The notes under the pieces were generated by a model. The model saw only the letters and a list, made by a program, of their open reading frames with translations, was not told where the DNA came from and ran no database searches. Of a stretch of DNA of 64,000 nt, positions 28,031-36,670 are shown piece by piece (positions within the stretch are counted from its first letter, which is position 1; each line of letters starts with the position of its first letter). Position numbers and translations under genes: made by a program. The DNA lies in NCBI GenBank assembly GCA_964534365.1, contig CAZHOI010000003.1, positions 4,310-68,309 of the forward strand. Reading direction: 5' to 3'. This stretch comes from an uncultured Candidatus Saccharibacteria bacterium (GTDB taxonomy: Bacteria; Patescibacteriota; Minisyncoccia; Phycocordibacterales; SW-6-46-9).

Positions 28031-28930
28031 ATGAAAATATGGGATGCAATTATAATTGGCGATGGTCCGGCTGGACTATCTGCGGGAATCTATTTATCTC
28101 GAGCTAATCACAGCAATTTAATTATTGGTTGTGGTACTGGCCGGTGGCATTATGGGCAATTAAATCAAAATTACCTAGGATTTCCAGATGGAATAGAAGT
28201 AGATGAATTACACAAACTGGGGCTAGATCAAGCAAAAAACTATGGTTCAGAATTTTTATCAGCCAAGGTAACCAGATTGGAATTTCATGACAAAAATTGG
28301 CTAGTTAGAACCAGTACCGAAAAAGCCTTTAAATCAAAAGCGATTATTTATGCCACCGGCGTAACTGATAGATGGCCTAAAAATCTCAACACAGAAAAGT
28401 TTGTCGGAACATTTGTGTTCTGGTGTATTACATGTGATGGATACCGTGCTAAAAGCAAACCGATCGTAATCGTTGCCGATTGCAATACTAATGTTGAAAC
28501 CATCCTGCAATTCCAAGATTTTACCAGTGACATTACTGTAATTAGAAACGCCGATGCCCAATTTTTGTCTGATAATCAGCAAGTTATATTTAGCAGTAAT
28601 AAAATTAAAGTAATCAATAGTAATTTCACCGAAATCCAGGAGACAGATCACAGTTACCGAATATGTATTGGGGGAGAATATTATGATTTTGCCATGATGT
28701 TTTCATTACTGGGATCAACCCCAAATACCGCCTTGTTACAAGAATTAAACTTAATTGACCTTGACGATGAGGGTTTTATAAAAATTGACGACAAGAACAG
28801 AACCAATCATGAATCGTTTTTTGCAGCAGGAGATGTGACCGCTAAACACTCACACCAAATTGCCACTGCCGTTCACGAAGGCGCTCAGGCCGCTCAGGCC
28901 GCTACATACTTCCTCTACAAGAATTACTAA
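28031..28930 (+). CDS. Thioredoxin reductase-like NAD(P)/FAD oxidoreductase
   Basis: IIGDGPAGLSA, ATG, CITCDG, FAAGDV. Confidence 0.85.
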   Translation: MKIWDAIIIGDGPAGLSAGIYLSRANHSNLIIGCGTGRWHYGQLNQNYLGFPDGIEVDELHKLGLDQAKNYGSEFLSAKVTRLEFHDKNWLVRTSTEKAFKSKAIIYATGVTDRWPKNLNTEKFVGTFVFWCITCDGYRAKSKPIVIVADCNTNVETILQFQDFTSDITVIRNADAQFLSDNQQVIFSSNKIKVINSNFTEIQETDHSYRICIGGEYYDFAMMFSLLGSTPNTALLQELNLIDLDDEGFIKIDDKNRTNHESFFAAGDVTAKHSHQIATAVHEGAQAAQAATYFLYKNY

Positions 28931-29086
28931 ATTTATAGTAAGCTATCTGTTATCTGGCATAAATTTGCAGGCAAATCAATTTGCAAATTCATGTTTGATA
29001 ATTTGTGCTAGATAATGTGCAAATAGATTTTACTAAAAAATCTATTTCATGAAGAGGTAATTTTCTAAAATTACCGACTGTAGAGA

Positions 29087-29157
29087 GGGCGATTAGTTAA
29101 ATGGTATAATGAAGGTCTCCAAAACCTTAGTTGGGGGTTCGATTCCCTCATCGCCCG
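29087..29157 (+). tRNA. tRNA-Trp(CCA)
   Basis: GGGCGAT/ATCGCCC acceptor, AAGGT-CTCCAAA-ACCTT. Confidence 0.93.
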
Positions 29158-29183
29158 CTGGAGTTATAAACTAAGAAAAAGTT

Positions 29184-29504
29184 ATGTCATTTCTAGAAGA
29201 TATGGATAGAGAAAGAAAAAAAGCTGGTTTAATAGAAACCATAAAAGACTTGTGAAAAGAAGGCAAAACTCTCGATGATGAGGTGGCAAGGTTAGATACT
29301 GCTGATGAAGAAATCGTTTTAACATACCGAGATAAGTTAAAGTTAGTTAAACAACTTGAAATTGAACAAAAGAAAAGAAACATATCTGCTGCATTAGACG
29401 TAGTGACTAAAGACTTGTTTTCAGAAGTTGGATTAGATAAAGATCCCCATTCTCAAGTAGGAAAAAAATTTAGAGAGCTTTTACTTCAGTGGTTAGACGA
29501 ATAA
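29184..29504 (+). pseudogene. Hypothetical protein interrupted by one in-frame TGA
   Basis: MSFLEDMDRERKKAGLIETIKDL-TGA(29253-29255)-KEGKTLDDEVARLD... in one frame to TAA. Confidence 0.55.
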
Positions 29505-30370
29505 TTATTAAGCAATTTGACCTTTGATGGAAACCACTTAATCTCTTCATTACGCTTAAACCAAGTTAGTTGCCTTTTTGCATATCTTAGCTCGGCTTGG
29601 ATAATATTTTTTCTTAGGTCCTCAACTGAAGTTTTAGTTTCTAGGTGTTCAACCACGGACCGATAGGTTAGGCCAATAGATCGCAGCCAATCAGGCGACA
29701 CTCCACCAGAAATAAGGTTTTTCACTTCGTCAACTAATCCATTTTCTATTCTAGATTTGGTTCTATAAACAATTCTTTTCTTAAGATCACTTTTACCCGG
29801 ATTTAGTCCCAGCCAAGCAAACTTAATTTCTGTACCACGTTTTATTTTATGTTGTTTAGGAATCTGGCCGTGGGTTAACCATAGTCCTAGGCGATTACGG
29901 ACCCTGGCTGGATTTTGATTGTCAAATGACTGCCAGACTTGGGCAGGCAATACCTCTACTGCTTGTTTATTTAGACATCGGATGTCTAAATTTTTTAAGT
30001 TTTTCTTTACTTCTAAGTCAACCTTGGCATACTTTGTGTTATTAACTAAGGTATCAATATAGAATCCAGTTCCGCCGGTAATAATAGGGACTTTATTTTG
30101 GGAAATTATCTTCTCTATAGCTTTATTTCCCAATTGCCGAAAATCCTCGACACTAAAATCATCGCCTGGATTAGCCACATCAATCAGATGATGTGGAATA
30201 CCTTGCATCTCTGCGTCGGAAATTTTACCAGATCCAATATCCAGACCACGATAGACTTGTACAGAATCCGCCGATATTATCTCGCCATTAATCCGCTTTG
30301 CCAGCTCTATCGCAGCACCAGTTTTGCCTGACGCAGTTGGACCAACAATTACATGTACTGTCTTAACCAT
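29486..30370 (-). CDS. miaA: tRNA dimethylallyltransferase
   Basis: GPTASGKT, SADSVQVYRGLDIGSGK, PHHLID, GGTGFY, YAKRQLTWF. Confidence 0.97.
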   Translation of the reverse strand: MVKTVHVIVGPTASGKTGAAIELAKRINGEIISADSVQVYRGLDIGSGKISDAEMQGIPHHLIDVANPGDDFSVEDFRQLGNKAIEKIISQNKVPIITGGTGFYIDTLVNNTKYAKVDLEVKKNLKNLDIRCLNKQAVEVLPAQVWQSFDNQNPARVRNRLGLWLTHGQIPKQHKIKRGTEIKFAWLGLNPGKSDLKKRIVYRTKSRIENGLVDEVKNLISGGVSPDWLRSIGLTYRSVVEHLETKTSVEDLRKNIIQAELRYAKRQLTWFKRNEEIKWFPSKVKLLNNYSSNH

Positions 30371-31698
30371 TAATCAATAACCTCTATATTGGCGCCTATG
30401 GCATTCAAACGGTTAAAAATATTTTCATAACCCCGATTAATTGGGGCAACCGAATGCAGCTCGGATACACCATCAGCTGCTAACATGGCCACCAATATAA
30501 TCATTGATGGTCGCAATGCAGGTGGGCAAATCACCTTGGCGCCGCGTAATGGGGTAGGGCCTTCAATGAATACACGGTGGGGATCTGCTAAATTGACGTT
30601 CGCACCCAGCCGATTTAGTTCAGTGAAATAAATTGCACGATTTTCCCACATCCAATCATGAATTAGGGTCAGCCCATCTGCCTGAGTAGCAATAGGAACA
30701 AAAAATGGCAAATTATCAGAATTGATGCCGGGATATGGGACCGCATGAATCTTGTCATGTATGGCCTGGAGCTTTGATGGTGCGACCGTAATGTCGACTA
30801 AACTGGTTCGCCCGTTATCGGCTTTGTATTCAGGCTGCATATCGAATTCTAGTCCCATTGCCGCGAGTACAATCAGTTCGCGACGCAAAAACTCAATCGG
30901 GCAGTGAGTTATAGTTAAATTAGATTCTGTGACTGCTGCTGCCGCAATTAACATCATTGATTCGATAGGATCTTCGGCCAAACTATAATCAACATCAACA
31001 TTAATATTGGGTTGCCCGGTGATAATTAATTTAGAAGTGCCGATACCTTCAATGTTTACCCCTAATTTTTCCAAGAAAAAACATAATTCCTGCACCATGT
31101 AATTAGCCTGAGCAAAGTTAATAATTGTAGTTCCTGGTAAGGTTGCAGCCGCCAGTAGCACACTTTCGGTAGCAGTGTCCGAGCTTTCATATAGAGTAGT
31201 TTCGCCCGAGGTGCGACCGGTCGCATCAATTTCGTAATGGTCTTCGGTAGTAGTAATTTCAATACCTAAATCTTGCAAGCTGTGACGATGCGCGGTAATT
31301 GTTCGCTGACCCATTTTGCAACCCCCGGCGTGCGGCCAATTGAACTGATCATATTGAGCCGATAAAGCCCCTAAAAACAAAATTGTAGATCGACCGCCTC
31401 GCAATAAAGATTGACGATCAACAGAAGCAATATTTAGTTTGTCCGGTGTTTTTATTTCCAGCGTCTTGTTGTCTAGCCAATTCAGCTCCACACCCAGAGA
31501 CTGGGCGGCGTCTAACAGGCGGTGTACGTCCGAAATGCGACTCACATTATGTAGGGTAGTTTTGCCGTGATTCAACAACGCTGCCGATATAATGGCCACG
31601 GTCGAGTTTTTAGTTGAATTAGTCTTTATCTGTCCTGACAGCTGACTATTGCCAGTTATGCGGATATTATTTACTTGGTTGCTAGTATTGACGCTCAT
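30370..31698 (-). CDS. murA: UDP-N-acetylglucosamine 1-carboxyvinyltransferase
   Basis: KNS, GGCKMGQR (catalytic Cys loop), PYPG, LR, RGYE. Confidence 0.9.
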   Translation of the reverse strand: MSVNTSNQVNNIRITGNSQLSGQIKTNSTKNSTVAIISAALLNHGKTTLHNVSRISDVHRLLDAAQSLGVELNWLDNKTLEIKTPDKLNIASVDRQSLLRGGRSTILFLGALSAQYDQFNWPHAGGCKMGQRTITAHRHSLQDLGIEITTTEDHYEIDATGRTSGETTLYESSDTATESVLLAAATLPGTTIINFAQANYMVQELCFFLEKLGVNIEGIGTSKLIITGQPNINVDVDYSLAEDPIESMMLIAAAAVTESNLTITHCPIEFLRRELIVLAAMGLEFDMQPEYKADNGRTSLVDITVAPSKLQAIHDKIHAVPYPGINSDNLPFFVPIATQADGLTLIHDWMWENRAIYFTELNRLGANVNLADPHRVFIEGPTPLRGAKVICPPALRPSMIILVAMLAADGVSELHSVAPINRGYENIFNRLNAIGANIEVID

Positions 31699-31798
31699 AT
31701 AACCTTATTACTATAACTTAACAAAATAATATGACCTAACTTTTATCCGCTCCTAGATATTTGGTCAGCAAAATTAAAATGAGTTAATATATAGCAGA

Positions 31799-32833
31799 AT
31801 GAACAATATTGATTTAAAGGAAAATGTTGCCATGTCAGAGTTTTCTGGAATTAAGGTTGGTGGCAAGGCAGCCTACATTAGTCAAATAAAATCGGTTCAA
31901 GATTTGATCAAGGCAAATAATATTGCGAAAGAAAAGGGTGTGAGGTTAATACCGATTGGGGCAGGAACTAATACTTTTTTTGGATCAGGCAAATTAAATA
32001 TATTAGGACTTGAAAATAAACTATTGGGTAAGGAAGTTACTGACGAAACAGATGATTCTGTCGAGGTTGCCGTTCAATCTGGCGAGGATTGGGATGATAT
32101 TGTCAGTTGGACGGTGGATAATGGTTGGGCTGGGATTGAAGCGCTATCGGCCATTCCTGGAACAGTTGGAGCAGCGCCAGTGCAAAATATTGGCGCCTAC
32201 GGACAGGAAGTCTCTCAAACAATTACTTCAGTCGAGGCGCTAGATCTTGAGTCAAACGTTTTAAAATCTTTTAATAATTCAGAATTAAACTTTTCATATC
32301 GAAATTCAATCTTCAAAACCAACCCAGGTCAATATTTTATTGTAAAAGTTAACCTCAGGCTGAGCAGAAACTACCAGCCTGAAATTCCAAACTATGAATC
32401 AGCAAAACAATATTTTACCGACTTAGGAATAATAAAACCAACTCTACAGCAAATCCGAGATAACATAACTAATTTACGCTGGTCCAAGTTACCGAGGCCA
32501 GAGGTTTTGCCGAATTGTGGATCGTGGTTTAAAAATCCCATCATTAATTATAAAATTTTTGAAAAAATAAAAGTAAAATATCTAGAAGTTAAAAGTTGGG
32601 AAGTAGGGGAAGATGAGGTTAAGTTATCAGCTGGTTGGTTGGTAGATCAGACTGTAGGAAAAGATTACGAAGATAAGTATTTTGCCACCTATGGTAAAAA
32701 TGCCCTGATCATCGTTAATCATTCTCTGTCTACCAGTACTAAAAAGTTACTAAAATTTGAACAGGAAATTGTTGATAAGGTTAATAGTAAATTTGGAGTA
32801 AAGCTAGAGCGCGAACCAATTTTGATAGAATAA
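31799..32833 (+). CDS. murB: UDP-N-acetylmuramate dehydrogenase
   Basis: GGKA, GAGTN, IPGTVGAAPVQNIGAYG, FSYRNS, GSWFKNP, LEREP. Confidence 0.95.
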   Translation: MNNIDLKENVAMSEFSGIKVGGKAAYISQIKSVQDLIKANNIAKEKGVRLIPIGAGTNTFFGSGKLNILGLENKLLGKEVTDETDDSVEVAVQSGEDWDDIVSWTVDNGWAGIEALSAIPGTVGAAPVQNIGAYGQEVSQTITSVEALDLESNVLKSFNNSELNFSYRNSIFKTNPGQYFIVKVNLRLSRNYQPEIPNYESAKQYFTDLGIIKPTLQQIRDNITNLRWSKLPRPEVLPNCGSWFKNPIINYKIFEKIKVKYLEVKSWEVGEDEVKLSAGWLVDQTVGKDYEDKYFATYGKNALIIVNHSLSTSTKKLLKFEQEIVDKVNSKFGVKLEREPILIE

Positions 32834-32847
32834 AGTACGAAATTTTG

Positions 32848-33648
32848 TTAACTCATTTTTTGAAGAATATAATAAATTTGAGTTTTTGCCGTATTATCTT
32901 GTGAAGTTAATGATCCTCGCATATCTTTTACGTCTTTAATTGAGAGGTTCTTCATGAAAACTTTCTTAATAATTGATAACTTTGATAGTTTGATCAAGTT
33001 TTCAACTTCTTTTTCACTAAAGAAATGTAAGTACTGTTTCTGTTTTAGCTTTTTCTCACCATCATGTCTGTGGTAAAAATAATCTCCAAAGTCAGCCCCT
33101 TCAGTTACACATCCGAAAGGTTTCAATATTTTGTGCTTAAACCAAGTTTTTACCCAATGAATTATATAAGTAGGACCATAGTTTCTTAGTGGGACTAATA
33201 AAATTACCTTACCCCCAACTTTTAACACTCGATTAATTTCATGTAAGGTTTTTAAACGATCTTTGTTTCCCGGAATAGAGCCAAGTCCATTATTAGATAA
33301 AAGTGCGCCGTCAAAATCATTGTCTGCAAAATTTAAACTAGTGGCGTCTCCGACCCGATAACAAATACTCGCATTTTCACTATTAGCAGCCAATTTGGCT
33401 AGTTCGATCATTTCGGGTGTAAGGTCGACTCCTACAACCTCATAACCTAATTTGTATAATGGAAGTGCCGTTCGTCCACTACCGCAAGCCAAATCTAGAA
33501 TCTTACTCCTACGTTTAAAATACTTATCTATTAACACTTTTTCACTTTCGTATAGCAAGCCTTTTGAATGTTTTCTGTATCGGTCAACAACCACCGCTGT
33601 TCCATATTCTTTAATACTAGATTCTGCCAACTTTTTAACATTGGTCAT
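32848..33648 (-). CDS. Class I SAM-dependent methyltransferase
   Basis: ILDLACGSGR, GVDL, GDA..L.F.D..FD, RVLKVGG; start reset to the ATG after the tRNA. Confidence 0.88.
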   Translation of the reverse strand: MTNVKKLAESSIKEYGTAVVVDRYRKHSKGLLYESEKVLIDKYFKRRSKILDLACGSGRTALPLYKLGYEVVGVDLTPEMIELAKLAANSENASICYRVGDATSLNFADNDFDGALLSNNGLGSIPGNKDRLKTLHEINRVLKVGGKVILLVPLRNYGPTYIIHWVKTWFKHKILKPFGCVTEGADFGDYFYHRHDGEKKLKQKQYLHFFSEKEVENLIKLSKLSIIKKVFMKNLSIKDVKDMRGSLTSQDNTAKTQIYYILQKMS

Positions 33649-33656
33649 GAATTTTG

Positions 33657-33738
33657 TGCCGGGGGAGGGAATCGAACCCTCACTTCCGAAGAAATACGAT
33701 TTTGAGTCGTACGCGTCTACCAATTCCGCCACCCCGGC
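33657..33738 (-). tRNA. tRNA-Leu(CAA)
   Basis: GCCGGGG acceptor, TACGA-CTCAAAA-TCGTA, variable arm. Confidence 0.96.
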
Positions 33739-33821
33739 ATTTACTGTCCACAAACTATAAAGGTTTTTATCACATAATTCCAGATTTGTAGACTAGTAGG
33801 CATGTTAGAATAATATTAGAT

Positions 33822-35027
33822 ATGAGCAAGACGAATTTTCAAGAAAACGCAATATTTTGGGTCGAGGTTGATAAAATTACTCCTAATCCATACCAACCCC
33901 GCAAAGAATTTACCGAGGCTGGTCTGCGAGACCTGGCCGAATCAATTCGAATGTATGGCGTGCTACAGCCCCTAACCGTAACCCGTAAAGAGGTTCAGAA
34001 TGATGGCGGAATGTCAGTTGAATACGAGCTAATTGCTGGCGAGCGACGACTGCGAGCGTCTAAATTGGCTGGCGTAGTGCAAGTTCCAGTTATCATTCGA
34101 TCTGGCCCTGAAGATGACCGAATTAAACTTGAACTAGCAATAATTGAGAATTTGCAACGCGAGGATCTAAACCCAATTGATCGAGCACTGGCTTTCAAAC
34201 AATTAAACGATCAATTTGAATTCACCCATGCCCAAATTGCAAAAAAGGTTGGCAAGTCGCGTGAATACGTATCCAATTCGATCCGATTATTACAGTTGCC
34301 TGACGAAATTCAGCAAGCAATTACCAATGGTAAAATTTCAGAAGGACATGCCCGACCATTGGGAATGCTGCGCGACAAACCAGAAGAACAATCGAACGTA
34401 TTTCGAGAAGTAATGTTGAAGAAAATGACTGTTCGCGAGACCGAAAAGATTGCGCGATCTATTGCCAAAGACAAAGTCCGAAAGACAACTAAATCACTTG
34501 AACCCGAAATGCAGAAAATGCAGAAGCAGCTCTCGGAAACCCTCGGCACCAGGGTCATGATTGAACCAAAACAAGTTGGTGGCAAATTAGTAATTGATTA
34601 TTTTTCGAAACAGGATGTCGAGCACCTGCTGGATATTGTTAATGCATCCTTGCTAAATACTAAACCGGGCGCGACCGCAGCATTGGATCGACACGAACAG
34701 AAATTAAATAATGAAAATAAAACCGAACACAAAATGGCTAAACCGCCAGAGAACTTACCTAATGATTCCGAGCCAGAGCAGAAACCAATCCAAAAACCAG
34801 GGCAGACAATAACAAGCAACGATACTTCAGCTGATAACAATAAAGATACTTCAGCTGACCCGTTCGCTTATTTACTGGAGGATAGATCAGCAAGCTCGGA
34901 CGATTATTCCGATTCAAACAATCCACCAAAGACATCACCCTATCAGTCTACTAATGAATTACTGCAAGCGGATTCGAACGATGTCGATTCTGATGATGAT
35001 TACGGATTGTCTAGTTTTTCCGTTTGA
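33822..35027 (+). CDS. parB: ParB/Spo0J partition protein with long acidic disordered tail
   Basis: PNPYQPRK, GVLQP, IAGERRLRA, ENLQREDLNPI, HTH. Confidence 0.93.
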   Translation: MSKTNFQENAIFWVEVDKITPNPYQPRKEFTEAGLRDLAESIRMYGVLQPLTVTRKEVQNDGGMSVEYELIAGERRLRASKLAGVVQVPVIIRSGPEDDRIKLELAIIENLQREDLNPIDRALAFKQLNDQFEFTHAQIAKKVGKSREYVSNSIRLLQLPDEIQQAITNGKISEGHARPLGMLRDKPEEQSNVFREVMLKKMTVRETEKIARSIAKDKVRKTTKSLEPEMQKMQKQLSETLGTRVMIEPKQVGGKLVIDYFSKQDVEHLLDIVNASLLNTKPGATAALDRHEQKLNNENKTEHKMAKPPENLPNDSEPEQKPIQKPGQTITSNDTSADNNKDTSADPFAYLLEDRSASSDDYSDSNNPPKTSPYQSTNELLQADSNDVDSDDDYGLSSFSV

Positions 35028-36511
35028 TCTTCTTTCTGTAAACTATTTCTGATGCGTCTTTTAGCAAATGAAGTAGCAGTCATTGATAACCATTTCTGGC
35101 TTGGCTTTGATTTTTTGCTGGTTATAATCTCGACAATATCACCATTTCTAAGTTCAGTTCCAAGATTAGATAACTTTCCATTGATTTTAGCCCCGGAAAT
35201 ATGATCGCCAATATTGGTATGGATATAGTATGCAAAATCAATCGGCGTAGCCCCGCTAGGTAAATCAATAACATCGCCATTTGGCGTAAATGCAAATATT
35301 CGACTGGTAAAAAAATCATCACGCAACTCGCTCATAAATTGCTGGTTTGATTGTAAATTTTCAGACTTTTGCGATTCGGCAATTTCTTGAATCCAATCAG
35401 GAGTAGTCGTATTTTTATTTTTTCCAGAAACTCGAAGTAGCAGATTAATCAGGTCACTGGACCAACTGGAATCTTCGTTACTTTTTTTATAAACGTAATG
35501 AGAAGCGATTCCAAATTCAGCTTCGCTATGCATGTTAGCAGTTCGTATCTGGACTTCTGCCAGGTTTCCAGCGCCAGTAAATATAGTGGTATGAACCGAC
35601 TGATAACCGTTCGGTTTTGGAAATGCGATGTAGTCTTTGATCCGACCAGGTAAAGGTCGCCAGATTGAATGAACGATTCCCAGAACCTGATAACATTCGG
35701 TCGGTTTCGCTACAATCACACGTAAAGCTGAGATATCATAAACCCTCTCTATATCCATGTCTTTGCGCTCTAATTTTTGGTACAGACTCCACAGATGTTT
35801 GCGACGATAATCCATTGATATGAATTTAATATCATTCTTCTTTAGCTCGGACGTTAATTTAGATTCAATTTTTTTCAATGACCCTTCGCTTTTAGCATAA
35901 TAGTCTTTGGCTATTTCCATGGTGTTTTGGTAATCAGCAGGATGCAAATATTTGAAAGACAGATCCTCCAGTTCGCCCTTCACTTGACCCATATTAAGTC
36001 GATGGGCCACCGGTGCATAAACCTCCATAGTTTCTTTAGCTATCCGCTGTTGCTTGTCAACCGGCACATACTCCAAAGTGCGCATGTTATGTAGGCGATC
36101 AGCCAACTTTATTATTAACACCCGGACGTCTTCTGATGTTGCGACAAACAATTTGCGCAAAGATTCGATATGACGATCTGATCCCCTGAATCGCACATTT
36201 CCTAATTTAGTGACTCCATTAACTAGGAATAAGACTTCGCTGCCAAATTCTAGCTTGACGTCCAATTCAGTTATATCAGTATCTTCGATAACATCATGTA
36301 GCAACCCAGCCGATACTGTATTAGCATCCATGCCTAAATTATCTAAAATTAGCGCGGTCGCCAGGACATGATTAAAGTACGGCTCGCCGGAATAACGCTG
36401 CTGACTTTCATGTGCATGCTGGGCGAACTCATAAGCTTTTTTGACCAATTTTTTATCATCATCTGAAAAATCAGGACGAGAAATCAGATCTTGTAATTCC
36501 GCATGAGACAT
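35000..36511 (-). CDS. RelA/SpoT (p)ppGpp synthetase/hydrolase (HD + synthetase + TGS only)
   Basis: RYSGEPYFNH, LLHDVIED, KLADRLHNMRT, RIKDYIAFPKPNGYQS, EVQIRT, TGS domain. Confidence 0.93.
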   Translation of the reverse strand: MSHAELQDLISRPDFSDDDKKLVKKAYEFAQHAHESQQRYSGEPYFNHVLATALILDNLGMDANTVSAGLLHDVIEDTDITELDVKLEFGSEVLFLVNGVTKLGNVRFRGSDRHIESLRKLFVATSEDVRVLIIKLADRLHNMRTLEYVPVDKQQRIAKETMEVYAPVAHRLNMGQVKGELEDLSFKYLHPADYQNTMEIAKDYYAKSEGSLKKIESKLTSELKKNDIKFISMDYRRKHLWSLYQKLERKDMDIERVYDISALRVIVAKPTECYQVLGIVHSIWRPLPGRIKDYIAFPKPNGYQSVHTTIFTGAGNLAEVQIRTANMHSEAEFGIASHYVYKKSNEDSSWSSDLINLLLRVSGKNKNTTTPDWIQEIAESQKSENLQSNQQFMSELRDDFFTSRIFAFTPNGDVIDLPSGATPIDFAYYIHTNIGDHISGAKINGKLSNLGTELRNGDIVEIITSKKSKPSQKWLSMTATSFAKRRIRNSLQKEDQTEKLDNP

Positions 36512-36670
36512 GTAATCAGTATACTTTATTGTCTAGTTAGTATTAAGCAACCTAGGGAGATGGCAAAGCATTTGAGTATGTCGTAAATCTGATTGACTTT
36601 ATAGACCCCAATTTAAAGATTGGTTGGTGAAGTAAAAATTATACTGAATCAGGTTTAACTAGTTTTATTT

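Noticed and set aside
28960-29025. Repeated TTTGCA/GCAAAT words as an operator array
   Set aside because: Short, irregularly spaced and plausible by chance in AT-rich DNA
29253-29255. Genome-wide TGA recoding (code 4 or 25)
   Set aside because: parB, dnaX, tnpA and others end in TGA, and conserved genes have no internal TGA
32829-32850. NKVRNF reading after murB as another cassette site for tRNA-Leu(CAA)
   Set aside because: Only the VR.F part matches; the Trp codon and the tRNA-matching junction tetramer are absent
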